From Tubiluchus corallicola (Eukaryota > Animalia > Priapulida), in NCBI GenBank assembly GCA_030141605.1, contig JAQGDQ010000271.1:124001-188000 (forward strand): a DNA stretch of 64,000 bases, in the 5' to 3' direction. Below the pieces are notes generated by a model. It had not been told where the DNA came from and made no database searches. It worked only from the letters and a program-made list of their open reading frames with translations. Every line of letters starts with the position of its first letter. Within the stretch, counting starts at the first letter, position 1. A program made the position numbers and the translations under genes. Positions 51,092-64,000 of the stretch are shown here, one piece after another.

Positions 51092-53072
51092 GTTGTTAAG
51101 TAAACTTTGTGTTGACAGTCGTGCTAATAATGTGACAAATTAGCGTGATGATGATGAACTCCATGATGTAAATGTTTGCTAATTATGTGTTCAAACTGTG
51201 ATTTCTTTTCTCGAGCGCGCATTCTTGAATTTCTGGGGTAAATTATGCGCGAGCATCGTAATTTCGTCTTTCTATGCTGTGATATCATTTAGTTTAATGT
51301 TTGACAATAATTTCCGACTGTGGTCAATGAAATATTTGATCATTACTGTTGAATTTGACTTTCCTTACATCTCCCGATTGAATAAAATATATCATTTACT
51401 TTTGATGTTCTATGTACGGTTAAAAGCAGGGTCTTTCTTGTGTGTTTTTCATTGTTATTTAGCTTGTGTTATTTAGCAGTGTTCACTGCCGGTATGATAT
51501 AGAAGTATTTGAAATGTAATGCGTTAACTGTTACTTAATGAAGAAGTTGTAATAAAGAAATAGCCACAATTTCCTGCCGACTCACTTATAAAGTGAACCA
51601 CATTCAACGTTTTTCATTAAAATATGAAGATTTTCCGTGGGGTTGTCTGCTTGTTTTAAAAATGCAAAGAGCATCGTCAGTTAATGCCTTTTTTATGAAT
51701 TTTTTTGTTTTGTACAGAGTAACTATATCAGACAAAATTTAATTGTCTTCATGTTCTATGATTTCTGAAGGAAATTTCCACGTTTTCCTGCATTTTTAAC
51801 ACTTCTCTAACTGTACTGCTTTGGATATTTTGCATGAAAAAGTGATGTCTGTTCTAAGCCTATCATGCTTGGTAAAATCATGTTATACTGTAGATTATGA
51901 TATGCCGACCCATTTGCTTGTTTGCGTTTTGCTCTTTATGGAAATTGTTGCTGCCCATAGGTTAAGGCAACAGAATTTATCTAGTTGTATTCAGTGGTAA
52001 CCCTTTGACTACGTTGGTGCTGTAAATTTATAATCAAATAGCAATGTTTACTAACCCTAGGTAACATTTAGTGTTGATCTGCATATTGCTGGATGCTTGT
52101 CGAGTTTACCCAGAGTTTGCATTTTCTTTTGATAAAGCTTTTGTCTAATGCTAACTGTTGAAGCTACTTGTGTGATTAATCGATTGTGTGAGCTTTACGT
52201 TAGCAGGTACTTTGTATTAAATTAAGTTTCTTCCTAAACCTGTAATAGTTTTATGATTATCTTCCATTGTTAACGTGCTCTTGTTTATTATTTAAGTTTG
52301 TGATTTCTAATAAAATAAATGCCATACCCGGTTTGCTCTAACGTCTGAATTAACACTTTGCTAATCTTACTGGACTGTTACTCGTGCTGTTAAGTTTAAA
52401 ATTTGTAATCAGTGTGATGCGCATGATAATCTGTTATAATAAAAATAGTATTATTATTATTATAATTCTTTATTTTTAAAAACTATGTACAGAATACATT
52501 CCCTCTATTTGTAGGGAAATGTTTAAAATTTCTAAAAGCATTTTCAACGTATTAAACCTATTCACGCACACATATATATATATAGATTTATTTTAGATTC
52601 CAACGCATGAGACACATTGAACGACAACGATCGTATACAATAGACATAGTTACAAATTATGCATCAAAACATACATACACAATAAAAGATAACGAACATA
52701 TTTTAATACTTTGTAACAAAAATTTACACACAATGAAAAACAGCGAGTACAATTATAATAAACATAATTACCAATTCTAATGTAAATTCACATAATCATA
52801 AATAAAAACAAAACAGCATATAACAAACACGACGAGAGTTGTAAAATTTCATCACCAACAGACTGTTTACACACGGGCGAAAGACGATAAGAATTCATCT
52901 GAGAACTTATTTGAAATAGTAAGTGAAATGAAACATGTTGTTACTCGTTTGTGAAATGCAACTCTTGATCACTTTTTCGAATTTAAAAAAAACGTTTTTT
53001 GTTTTCAAGTCCTGTTACTGTTTGTTCTGATCAAATTTGTACAATAAAATGCAAAGAATAATGTACTGCTAA

Positions 53073-53460
53073 TATCATCATCATCTCTGGAGTCACACGT
53101 CGTGTGACATAGCCACCCTGATCACTTTGCTCTATGCTGCTCTGTCACCCACAACCTCCCATGTCTCTGTATTTTTGATATCTAATGGTGTGTTGATAAG
53201 ATCTTTTTGGATGAAATTGATGTAAGTCAGCAGCTGTCCTCCTTGTCTTTGTGCAGTTCTTCTTTGAAAGCAAATTTTAATGAACTGTCAATCATCTGGT
53301 ACTCGTATAACATGTCCTATCCATCTTAATCTTCTCCTTTTGATTTTAATTGTCGATTCCTCTGCCTTGACTTTATTGTACAGATCCTGGTTTGATATTT
53401 TCTTTGGCCATTTTATTCCTAGAATCTTCCTGTAGTTTCTTCTTTGAGATGCATCATTTT
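53073..53460 (-). mobile_element. RTE-clade LINE 3' fragment
   Basis: Minus translation RKILGIKWPKKISNQDLY...IKRRRLRWIGHV; short (TGA)n tail. Confidence 0.8.
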
Positions 53461-53759
53461 CTGATTCGTGCTTTATATAACCGATAATATAACAGTTTAA
53501 ATTTTGATTGGTAAAAACGCCATGATTTTTCAGGGCGGTAATAGACGTTATGTATTAATGCGTCAGAACGCATTGTAAATAAAGTAGTTCGGCAACACGC
53601 ATAATGGTCTACTGTATTTCGTTATTTCTACTAGATAGACTTAATTCATTTTTAACTGCAATGAAAGTCATTTCGTAATTTAAAGTTCAACGTTCTATTT
53701 GAATTTTGTAAAGGTTCCAATAGTCAAAAAAGTTAAAATTTGTGTGCTGAAACTACATA

Positions 53760-53862
53760 CAGGGCCTATTTCAAGGGGGGGGGATACTTCCAAGGGGCCT
53801 CACCCTCCAGGGGGGCCTCGCCGCCAAGGTAACATTTTTTTGCTTTATGCGAACATACTGCC

Positions 53863-53930
<68 letters not shown>

Positions 53931-54187
53931 CCGCACGCGCGCCATTTGCCAGTATTGACAAGTATTAAGGACTGGTCTTAAGAATAAAGTAGTTTTTCTT
54001 TCAATTGTTCTTTCCTTTAACAACTGTATAACTCCATATTTTCTCTTCGAAAATGCTTCTCTGACGTTCTAGCAGTTCAAAAATTTTCTGGGCGCCAACC
54101 ATGGTAGCGCCCGCCCCCCGGCGCTTTGCCCCCCCCCCCTCACACGCCCCACTTTCCCGGGCCCCGCCTAGGCTGAAATAGGCTCTG
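53760..54187. mobile_element. hAT-type MITE (428 bp) with perfect 8-bp TSD and internal (CT)n
   Basis: actacata|cagggcctatttca ... tgaaataggctctg|actacata. Confidence 0.92.
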
Positions 54188-57100
54188 ACTACATAGATAA
54201 GAAAAGTGGCAAAGTCAATTTTATAGTTTCGTTAACTTTAAGGTTGTTTACTATTGCTGTTAACAATGCCATGTTATTGTTTACTTTTATTTTTTTGTTC
54301 AAAAGAAAGGAGATGTTATGTATTAATGCGTCAGAATGCATTGTAAATAAAGTAGTTCGGCAACACGCATAATGGTCTACTGTATTTCGTCATTTCTACT
54401 AGATAGAAATCCAGGTACATCAACATAAAACAACAACAGAAAGTAAAATTTCTGTTAAAAGTAGCCAGAACAAAGTTACTTTTTAAACATTGAGAGAACG
54501 AAGCCAGATAGAAAAGCAGGGACTCTTACATAGGCAGTCCTGGATTAACTTTCAAACAAAGTCAACACATGCAAAGAGTCTCAGGGGAAGGGGGCTCCAC
54601 ACAGTTTTTTTTAAAATTAATATCTACCCAAAAATAAACTATACCGAAATATGTGTGGAGGTTTCTGTGTGTTTGTTTGCAATATGACGGTACTGACGGG
54701 CATCGAGATTCTGCGTACCGTGCAGCCTGAGCTGCTCACTTCCCATATGATGACATTGATTGATTATTTCAAGTGTGGTAATGGTTATAAAAATGTGGTG
54801 ATAATGCTGTTTTTCACTGAACGTGGTGGTGATGATGACCCTTTTACTACTGTAAATAATCTTACTGTATTTATCTTTCATTTCAATAGACAAATTTTAT
54901 CTTTGCAATTTAGTATTTCAGTACTTAGGACCTCTTGAGGTCTTAATCCTGCCCTGCAGTTAGGACCGCTCCCAAGGGAGCATCAAAGGAGAATTTTTAA
55001 TCGTTTGGAAAACAAAAAACTCTTAGTCATTCCCATTATGTTTCCTACTGAAACAAAGAGTTACGGAATTTAAGTTAGCGGTGACTACTTAGCTCTGTAT
55101 TACTAGTAATTTATGTATAATTCATAAACACCTCCTACACTATAAATAAAAGACTACAGTTACTTTTTCCAGCATTACACTGAATTCCTTTTCCGTGTTG
55201 TTCCGCTGGTTATTGTGCATTTGATATTCCCCATAACAGGAAATCCCCGTTCATGTTTGTACATAATTACAAGTCTCCGTATTTACATACTGAATGCGCA
55301 TTATGTGGGCTGCTTGTCACAGACGAATTTTAAGACTTCTATGTTATAAAAACGTGTTCAATGTAACAGATTGAAAAGCCGTTAAACTGTCGCACTGGTA
55401 AGTACGTAAGCTAATGTAGTGTAACAATATTAACATGTTAAAATTGCCTGCATAGATATTTACAGTCATGTATAATTATTCTTACATAAGAAATATTCTT
55501 ACAATAATAAAGCTTACATAAGAATTAGATGAATGAAACGTGTAATTGTATGTTTGTAGTTTATTGACTAAAACAAGTTACATGTATACACGAGGAACGA
55601 GGTAAATGCCACAATCGATACATTGGTGATTTTAGTCCAAGTGTCACTTTACGTGCATTTCCTACTCAAGGTTATACAACAATTAGTGTGCTCAAAGAAG
55701 TGAGTTAAATCAGCAAAGTTTACATTGTCGTAGCGGTTTCTAATATTTGATGTTACGGGGCATGTCTGTATAACGTGTTTCTCAGTTTGAATGTCCCCAC
55801 ATAACCTATTTTCCCTTGGCTGTCTCGCCCATCTACCCGTTTCTATCCGCAGCCTATGTGACTGAAGAAGCTTATCCGATTATGCTGTTTAGGCCTATAC
55901 ATTTTAGGCCCATTTCTTCATAGCTCAGAAAACCGAAACACAACTGGTTGTACATCTCGTACAAAAGTACATGTTTACCGCGCTGTTTATAACTAATCAA
56001 CTGTAGCTGCTTCATAGACAAACAAACTAATAAAATTAATATTTACACAACAAACACGAGTGTGTAGATTCATCATGGACCCTGTAATAAGCGAATGGGA
56101 TTCCTCTTGTATAGTTACCCGCACGAGAGCTCCAGGCAAAAAACCAAGACCCAATTTTTCTTAACGCCCTGGTATATTATGATAAAGCTGTATGAGCTTT
56201 TGTTCAAATTGCTGAAACAAATAAAACTCAAGTTATTTTTTTCCTTTTCCTTCATTGCTGAAAAAATACAACATTTAACTGTGATTTTGTATCAATGTAC
56301 ATCTTTTTAATTAGTTAGCTAACTTAGCCATGTAATACAAATTATACCAAAAATGTTGATTATTAATATTACTATCTCTGAAAATAGTCTTTTGCACAAA
56401 GCTTATATGAATTATCTTTATATGTATGCACTATTTGACATGTATGTACTGTATTGTGTTTTGCCAATGTGTACGAATATATGTATTTGAGCAATAAATT
56501 GAATTGAATTGAAAAAAATTGGTAAATTTGTATTCACAGGAAACGGTGAGCCTGAAAGACCTATTATCCTATAATCATTACGTCATGTGATAGAAACTGA
56601 TGAAATACTTTGAAGAAAAATTAAGAAAAGTCAAGGCTAGTACTGTCGCCTTATAAAAAACTAGTTGAAAACTGATTTCAAATTAATGTTGTCTAAGATA
56701 CAAGGATTCTGTTTATAACAGTATGCGATTTCAAATAACCATGTTTTTGGCTTAGGCATGTTAGTAGTTTGAATCATTTATATAGGCATTTGTCCATTGA
56801 TATTCGTGTGCCGGAGTCTAAGATACTGTGAAAATACACACGACACAATAAACCCAAGACCACAGTAAGGTACTTTGAGGTAGTTAGGCCTACAGTTTTT
56901 ATTCACAAACAGACACACAGGTCGGACCGAGTACTCAAGAGTGTCTAATGTATAATACATTGTACAATGTACAATATATGTATAAATATATATATATATA
57001 TATATATGAAACATACTGTATATGTATATACATATACTATATATACTATGGTATATGTATATACAGTATCTTTGTCAATTGTCATGTGTTTGCATTGCCG

Positions 57101-57899
57101 TCCATTATGCATATTTTGATAAGCAGTTGTGAAGTGTATAATGTATTATGTATGTATAATGTAATGTATATAGAGTATGTGTACTTTGACAAGCACCGTA
57201 TAATGTATAACACATGTATTATGCATATATAAATAAGGTAATGTATTTCACCTCACGAAGTTTCTTGTACATGTTACGTTGCCTAACCTCACTTGACTAA
57301 CCTGCACCTCTAATCGCATTCTTCTTTATACACACCCTAATTTTAAACCCTGCCTTGTCTTGGCTAACCCTCTCTCACTATCAATGTTGTGCTTACAAGA
57401 TGTTCTTTCAACACACATTGAAGCAATTTATTGTAAACAATTAGTTTTTTTGCATGTCATTTTGTAATTATTGTTACGTATCATAACGTAATCTCTAATC
57501 TAATCTAAATCTAGAGTGTTATCCAAGAAGTGCAAAGTGTGATATGCTTAAATATGCTGACCAAAATAATGAAAATCACAAAAATGTGGATGAGTGTAAT
57601 TTAGTAAGATATTATACAGTATGTATTATACAGTAAGTATGTAGTTAACTTTCAGATCCAGGCAGGAGTAACGCTGTATGCAGTGGAAAACACACACACT
57701 CAATCAAGTTCACAAAGCTTTAAACAACACTTCTTATTTTCTCCAAAATCAACACAGACTTCTGCACTATGATATCATAACGACGTAAAAATAATATCAT
57801 AACCGTTTTTTCCTTCTACAACTTAGTTTTTGTATATTCCAATAGATGCATATCCACATTATTTCTAGGTTTGCTCTGAAACACAGTGTATACCGAATC

Positions 57900-58890
57900 C
57901 AGGTAATACAGTGACAGGTAAAAAGTCATAGGTAAAAAAGTCACAGGTAAAAAAAGTCATAGGTAAAACAGTCATAGGTAAAAAAGTCACAGGTAAAACA
58001 CTCATAGGTAAAAAAGTCACAGGTATAAAAGTCACAGAAAAAAAGAAAACTCTAACTTAAAAAAAGAATCCTAACCCTAAGATAACCGTGATTTTTTCAC
58101 ATAAATGCAATGCCATGGAGTGTTGTCAATATGTACAAGTCATGTATTGGCAGTTAGTTTAGTTTAAACTTGATTTATTTACAGTGGATTTACAAAACAG
58201 ACTGGGTCTGGTACACGTATCTCCACGGTGCAAGTGCTGAGTGCAAAGTGTTAATAAAACAATAATGGACATCACAATTAATGTCACACTCGATTTGATA
58301 AAACATTTGACTCAATTACAATCAGCAGATGGTGATTAAACTTACATGCACGAACAGTATAAACACAGTAGTTTAATAACAGCAGTAATAATAAAAATAC
58401 ATTTACAAAGTAAGATGACTCATTTAACAGTAAATTCTTTTGTATTGCAAAATGAAAAGTTGATTTAATAAACTGCTGTAATAAACTATGGATAATGAAG
58501 CAAGATCGGTGATCAGTTTTTAATTTTTCGAATATGTTTCTGTATAAAACTAGAGGATTTTGATTTTGCAAGGATTCACGTTTTACAAGCTGTTGGTCGA
58601 ATAGATCGTCTAATAATACCGTTGTATCATATTTTACACATTCGAAAAAGTAATGGTAAGAACTTTTTATAAAATCACCACAGCTACATTTGAGCTCGTT
58701 AATTAAGTTTCTAATAATGACGTCAGCTTTCTAAAATATTTTTCGGTTTTTATTATGGTCCTTAAATAAATTGTGATTGACCTGAATTTTTTTTTGATTA
58801 CCTGACATTCTTTCTAAAACCAAAATTGTGAGTTTTTCAGGCCACCGTATATTAATTGTGACTTTTATACCTGCGACCTTACAACCAACT
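57900..58890. mobile_element. Probable MITE with 15-bp subterminal repeats
   Basis: (aggtaaaaaagtcac/t) about 8 times at 57915-58040; inverted gtgacttttatacct near 58860. Confidence 0.5.
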
Positions 58891-60061
58891 AGTTATTTTT
58901 ATCTAGTTTCAACCGCTTACGTATTTTCAACTGATTATCTTAATTTTACATACTATTAACGAATAATAGTCTTTCTATCTTTTATATCATCCCATATATG
59001 AGCTTCATTCATTACATCATTCCATTTTAAGCACTAAATGTTTTTTATCACACGACTCACTTTAAAATTTCAGATTATTTCCATTACTTTTTTTCTTTCA
59101 CTGTGTGGGACAATCTAACAAGCCCTAGTTTTTGATTGCCCGCAACACATTTACCTTCGTATATAGGTCAACATTGTTTGAGGCTTTTCCTGTGCAGTAT
59201 TTCTTATTTTGTATTATGTTCATTGTAGGCCCTTTCACTAGATATTGTACATGAAACTATTGTAAATGTGTAATGTGAAATAAATGACTAATGGCTTATA
59301 GTTATGCTCTATTGGGTAAATTACCCAGCTGTAATGATGGCAGCGTTCATGTTCAAAGTCTTCTTCTAATCAGAATTAAGTACACACTTTGGTTGGAGAT
59401 AAGTATATCGGTTGGATTTTACCTGTCAACTTGATCATATTTCATATTTCAGCAAATAAGAGACCTGTTTGATGATGACGATTAAAAACGAGCACAGCTT
59501 AATCAGCTGGTTCAAGTTAAACTACTGTAATAAAGCAGGAAGTTTTTGATTTGAAATGATCGCCATTATTAGTAATGTAGAACTCAACTAAATTAGTAAC
59601 AAAATCGGACAACACGTGATGTAAAAAGGTAAGCACTATTTATAGCAAAATTCAATTTAAAAATTTTATTTTGTCTCTCTCAATAGTTACAAAGCGTATA
59701 AAATTAAAGTCAGTAAATTATATTAGCAAAATAGAGACGGGGTGGTGAAAGACCAGAGGGCGTCGAACAGCCACCCCTATATAAATAAGTTATTTTTAGA
59801 TACCGCGGCTTATTTAATTTAATAATACGAATATGCTATGTCATTTAGTTTTCTTACTGTGTATTGTGTATTTAATATTGTTCAACAAGACAATAATTAA
59901 ATTTGTGCAAATAAGATTAATAAATTTACTGATATTTTGAACTTTATGGTGAGCAAAATGATCAAAATAAAGCAACATAATATAATTATTAGGAATACAG
60001 TTGGGTGACATGCAGTATAATATTTGTTTATATTTTAATAATTTCGTGCGTACAATACAGT

Positions 60062-60870
60062 ACAAAAATTGGAAAAATTACAAGAACGTGCCTTAGATTT
60101 TGTCTTTAATGATTACATTTGTGATCACGACACATTGTTGGAAAAAACTAAAATTGAAAAGCTTGTGGAAAATAGGCAAAGATTAATAGCATTAGAGGTG
60201 TTTCAAATATTTCATAAACTCTGTCCACAGAGCTTATATAACATGTGTTAAACTGAGAGAAAGCTCTAATCAAACGCGATATGATAACATCATAAATATT
60301 GCCCGCACAGAATTATAATTATGGAAAAAACAGCTTTCGATATTCTGCTTCTATGAAGAATTTCTGAAGGTAATTGCTAAGACACTAGAATACAGGTAGA
60401 ATTCAAGTAAAATACAGGTGAGCTTTATTTATATAAATCATTAACAACACTATACATTGCTCTCTCAGTTTAAGTCACATGCTTACTCAGTGATCTCTGA
60501 AAGCCAACTGACCAGGTAAGTTTTCCATGAAGCAAGGAAGCCAGCAATTCAATGAAGGTAAATGTTATGCATACTAGTTCAAGGATGAAAGTTTAGACGG
60601 TATACAAAGAAATAGACTTATTTTATAGCTGAAATTTCTTGCTTGGGATTTTTAATGTTTTAACAAAAGAATGAAATAATATGACTAATGATCATAATTA
60701 AGAACTAATAAAAAATAAGATAAAGAAATCATGAGCTTCACGACAGCTTGTAAAATTTGGAATGAATTGCCCAATCATTTGCGCATAATCACCAACTATA
60801 ATGATTTCTTGAGGCAAATTAACAAATTGAGCGGGGACATCTGTAGCTACTCACCTTGTGCTACCTAATT
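60062..60870 (+). mobile_element. CR1/L2-group LINE 3' fragment, interrupted
   Basis: KLEKLQERALDFVFNDY...IALEVFQIFHKLCP, NYGKNSFRYSA, and later KIWNELPNHLR. Confidence 0.7.
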
Positions 60871-61629
60871 AGTGTTAATTATTTTTAAGTACCATGTATC
60901 TTCATTGTTTTAATGAATTAGTTTTAGTGTTTTCTGATCTTTTTATCTCCATAATATAATCTTTTCATATTCTCAGAATTAAGAGATGCTCCTCACTTTT
61001 TTAAATATTTCTATTACTCATTTTTTTCGACTGTTTTATTTTTAACTTTGCTTTTAGAATTTTATTTTATATTTTGCAGTGCATCCCATATTCATTTTTG
61101 TTTTTTCGTCTTTTGATTTAGTTCAAATTTAACTAATATTGTATGTCCATTTTTTAGTAAAATTTTTAATACAGGCTTAGTGTATTTTAGTCGGTATGAA
61201 CAGTCTATTTGGCTAATGTTTTTCCGTTGTATACGCGACTTTAAATAAAGATTATTTATCTATGTATATGTAAGTACAATACATACAATAGGTTTATTTA
61301 ACGTCTGCTTTTACAACCTAAACAATGGACAACATGCTATTTTTACAGACATCATTTATAATGATCAATTTTATATTCGGAAAACATCTGCAGTTAGCTT
61401 GTTGACTTGAAAAAAGTAACTTTGAAAAAGTAACTTTCTGTATAAAAAAACCTTTACGTGATCGCGCTTGCTATAAACTGTTAACACATAATATACAACA
61501 GTCTTAGTGTTCTTCTGTAAAGTTCTCAGCCTTCTGCAAACATCTTAGGTCCATTCTAGCGTTTGAAAAAAGAAAATAAATTCATCAACAAAAGCAAGCT
61601 ATCTAGCAGATATTTCCTTTACTAATTGT

Positions 61630-61742
61630 CTGAATTATCTAATTGTCTAATTTACTAACTGCTGAATTATCTAATTGTCTAATTTACTAACTGCTGAATT
61701 ATCTAATTGTTTAATTTACTAACTGCTGAATTATCTAGTTGT
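61630..61742. repeat. 32-bp tandem repeat, about 3.5 copies
   Basis: tgaattatctaattgtctaatttactaactgc. Confidence 0.85.
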
Positions 61743-61831
61743 TTCTTGTCTTGTGAGCAAACTTTTCCTACATATAATAGCGAAAATCGTTAAGAGATGT
61801 CGGTGAAAGCCAAGCGCGTTTGGTAGGAATT

Positions 61832-62525
61832 TCTTTTTTCTGACTTGAAACGGATCGAGGACCAACTGGATAACAGTACCTAACTGTATATAATTATACA
61901 GACTACGCATTTGGTAAGAATATCTTTTTGCAGCTTTAAAACGGTTTGAGGACCAGCTGGATAACAGTACCTTACTGTATATAATTATACAGACTACGCA
62001 TTTGGTAAGAATATCTTTTTACAGACTTGAAACGGTTCGAAGACCAATCGGGTAACAGTACCTTACCGTATATAATTATACAGACTACGCATTTGGTAAG
62101 AATATCTTTTTACAGACTTGAAACGGTTCGAGGACCAACTGGATAACAGTACCTTACTGTATATAATTATACAGACTACGCATTTGGTAAGAATATCTTT
62201 TTACAGACTTGAAACGGTTCGAAGACCAATCGGATAACAGTACCTTACCGTATATAATTATACAGACTACGCATTTGGTAAGAATATCTTTTTACAGACT
62301 TGAAACGGTTCGAGGACCAACTGGATAACAGTACCTTACTGTATATAATTATACAGACTACGCATTTGGTAAGAATATCTTTTTGCAGACTTTAGACAGT
62401 TCGAGGAACAACTGGATAACAGCACCTTACTGTATATAATTATACAGACTACGCATTTGGTAAGAATATCTTTTTTCAGACTTGAAACGGATCGAGGACC
62501 AACTGGATGACAGTACCTTGCTGTG
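61832..62525. repeat. 91-bp tandem repeat, about 7.5 copies, ending ~45 bp before the WASP-like ATG
   Basis: ga(g/a)gacca recurs every 91 bp from 61857 to 62494. Confidence 0.96.
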
Positions 62526-62569
62526 TACACTCATCCGGACGCTTTCCAAATTAAGAATCTACAACTGTC

Positions 62570-62695
62570 ATGGCGACGAAGGGAAACCTAACTGATCCAA
62601 ATGAGTTTGGCTACTACCTTCCAAACGACAAGAAGAGAATATTAAGCACACTCATTAGTAGCACTTGTACTGTTTTAGCAGCAGGAGAAGCCCGG
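62570..62695 (+). CDS. Divergent WASP-like (WH1) gene, coding exon 1
   Basis: MATKGNLTDPNEFGYYLPNDKKRILSTLISSTCTVLAAGEAR aligns to WASP exon 1 (LRNDENEQLFKLLGKGCLSLSTGVVQ). Donor cgg|gtatgt, phase 0. Confidence 0.75.
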
Positions 62696-63821
62696 GTATG
62701 TCAGTTTTATGTAATACGTAAATTTGCACGTCGTATGGTAAATACCCCAATAAAGTCGGGTTTAACGATACGATTTTATGTCGTGTAAACGATTCCTCCG
62801 ATTTTGTCGTATCATGTAAACAGGGCTTGTAGACTGTACTGTCACTATTAGGCCTACAGTTTACAATCAATTTCGAAATAGCATCTAAGCAAGTCACAGT
62901 CAACATGATTACACGTCAATGAATAATTAATAATAATGATTTAATTCTGGCTACTAATTTGAATGAAATTACAAATTATACCAATGAAACAGCTCAATAT
63001 AGTTTGAAGGTTGTTCTAGGTTTTGAAGTTTTAACTGTGTACTAATCTAGTGTGCTTGTGAAAGCTTCCTTATGTCAGACTTACGTACTGATGCCAGGGC
63101 ATTGATATAAATAGGAATATAATGGTTTATTGATTATATAACAAACATAACGTATGTACAAGCATCAGTAATGAAGATGAGGAGTTCCGCAGCCACTACC
63201 GGAATGAGGATGAGACTTAATTTAAATATCTGTGCGACGTCACACATACGCCACGTGTTTTGAACAAGTGGTGATCGTTTTCTCTGGGTGAAGCCCTACC
63301 CAACGCGGTACAAGTCTGTAGAAAGTGCCAGAATGTTTTCTAAGACACTTCATACTCCGACAATCAGTGCCAGACTGCTAGGTATCTTACAATTCGACAA
63401 TGGCACTGAATACAATAGAAAAGGTTTAACAGAAACTGAACTTCAAACAACTGTCCTATGCAATTGATCACCCACGAACACGAAGCCTAGAGAGCCAGTA
63501 AGACACTTGGACATTTGAAAGGAAACGCACTCGTTAGTTAGCAGCAACAGGAATGTCACAAAAGAGAATCCGTGCGTTTTAATCAAGCATAACGAGTCCT
63601 AAATGTGATGAACTTCATCTATGTGGCATCACTTAAGTTTTCCAATGATTTAACTCTATAGGATCTACGAATATTGCTAAGATATAGCTATAAATAACGC
63701 AACGTGATCGTATAGATAAGTGTTAATAGTAATTAGGCTTGTCATTGTCAATTACTTTTCAATTAAACATTTTATTCAATGTTTTGCGAAATATTTTAAT
63801 ATTTTGTTTGTTTATTTCAAG

Positions 63822-64000
63822 TTACTCGTGGCGCCAACACCAAATTCCTCAAGATGGGATAAACGAGAAAGGGGAATAGCGTGCTTTGTGAAAGATAACA
63901 CGAGACGCAAATATTTTATCAGAATTTATGACTTGGAACGACAAAGGATGTGCTTTGAGCAACGAATTTTCAAAAGCTTCGAGTACGAAATGAGCACAAA
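63822..64000 (+). CDS. Divergent WASP-like (WH1) gene, coding exon 2, runs off the window
   Basis: Acceptor tttatttcaag|tta. LLVAPTPNSSRWDKRERGIACFVKDNTRRKYFIRIYDLERQRMCFEQRIFKSFEY versus WASP VLLAQPNPQKWAKKCTGVACFIKDNSKRSYYIRVYDLRFGQLTWEQELYTQFKY. Confidence 0.88.

Overview
AT-rich animal genomic DNA, probably a marine invertebrate (inferred from spliceosomal introns, microsatellites and metazoan transposons). Six host genes are supportable. (1) A minus-strand secreted or surface protein: a 49-nt signal-peptide exon (7670-7622) is spliced to one giant exon of at least 4.4 kb (4413 to <1) encoding about 24 tandem Sushi/CCP modules. The ORF track misses it because it runs off the window. (2-4) Three intronless class A GPCR ORFs; two are near-identical copies in a tandem ~5-6 kb duplication. 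(5) A complete WASP/N-WASP gene with two coding exons. (6) The 5' end of a second, divergent WASP-like WH1 gene with the same intron position. Intergenic and intronic DNA holds a decayed BEL/Pao LTR retrotransposon, solo LTRs with target-site duplications (TSDs), LINE fragments, Penelope-like remnants with minimal hammerhead-ribozyme motifs, hAT and Tc1-like MITEs, tRNA-derived SINE heads and many mini/microsatellites. No CRISPR, rRNA or convincing tRNA gene was seen. All calls come from manual reading; no searches were run, and repeat boundaries are approximate unless a TSD or TIR is quoted.
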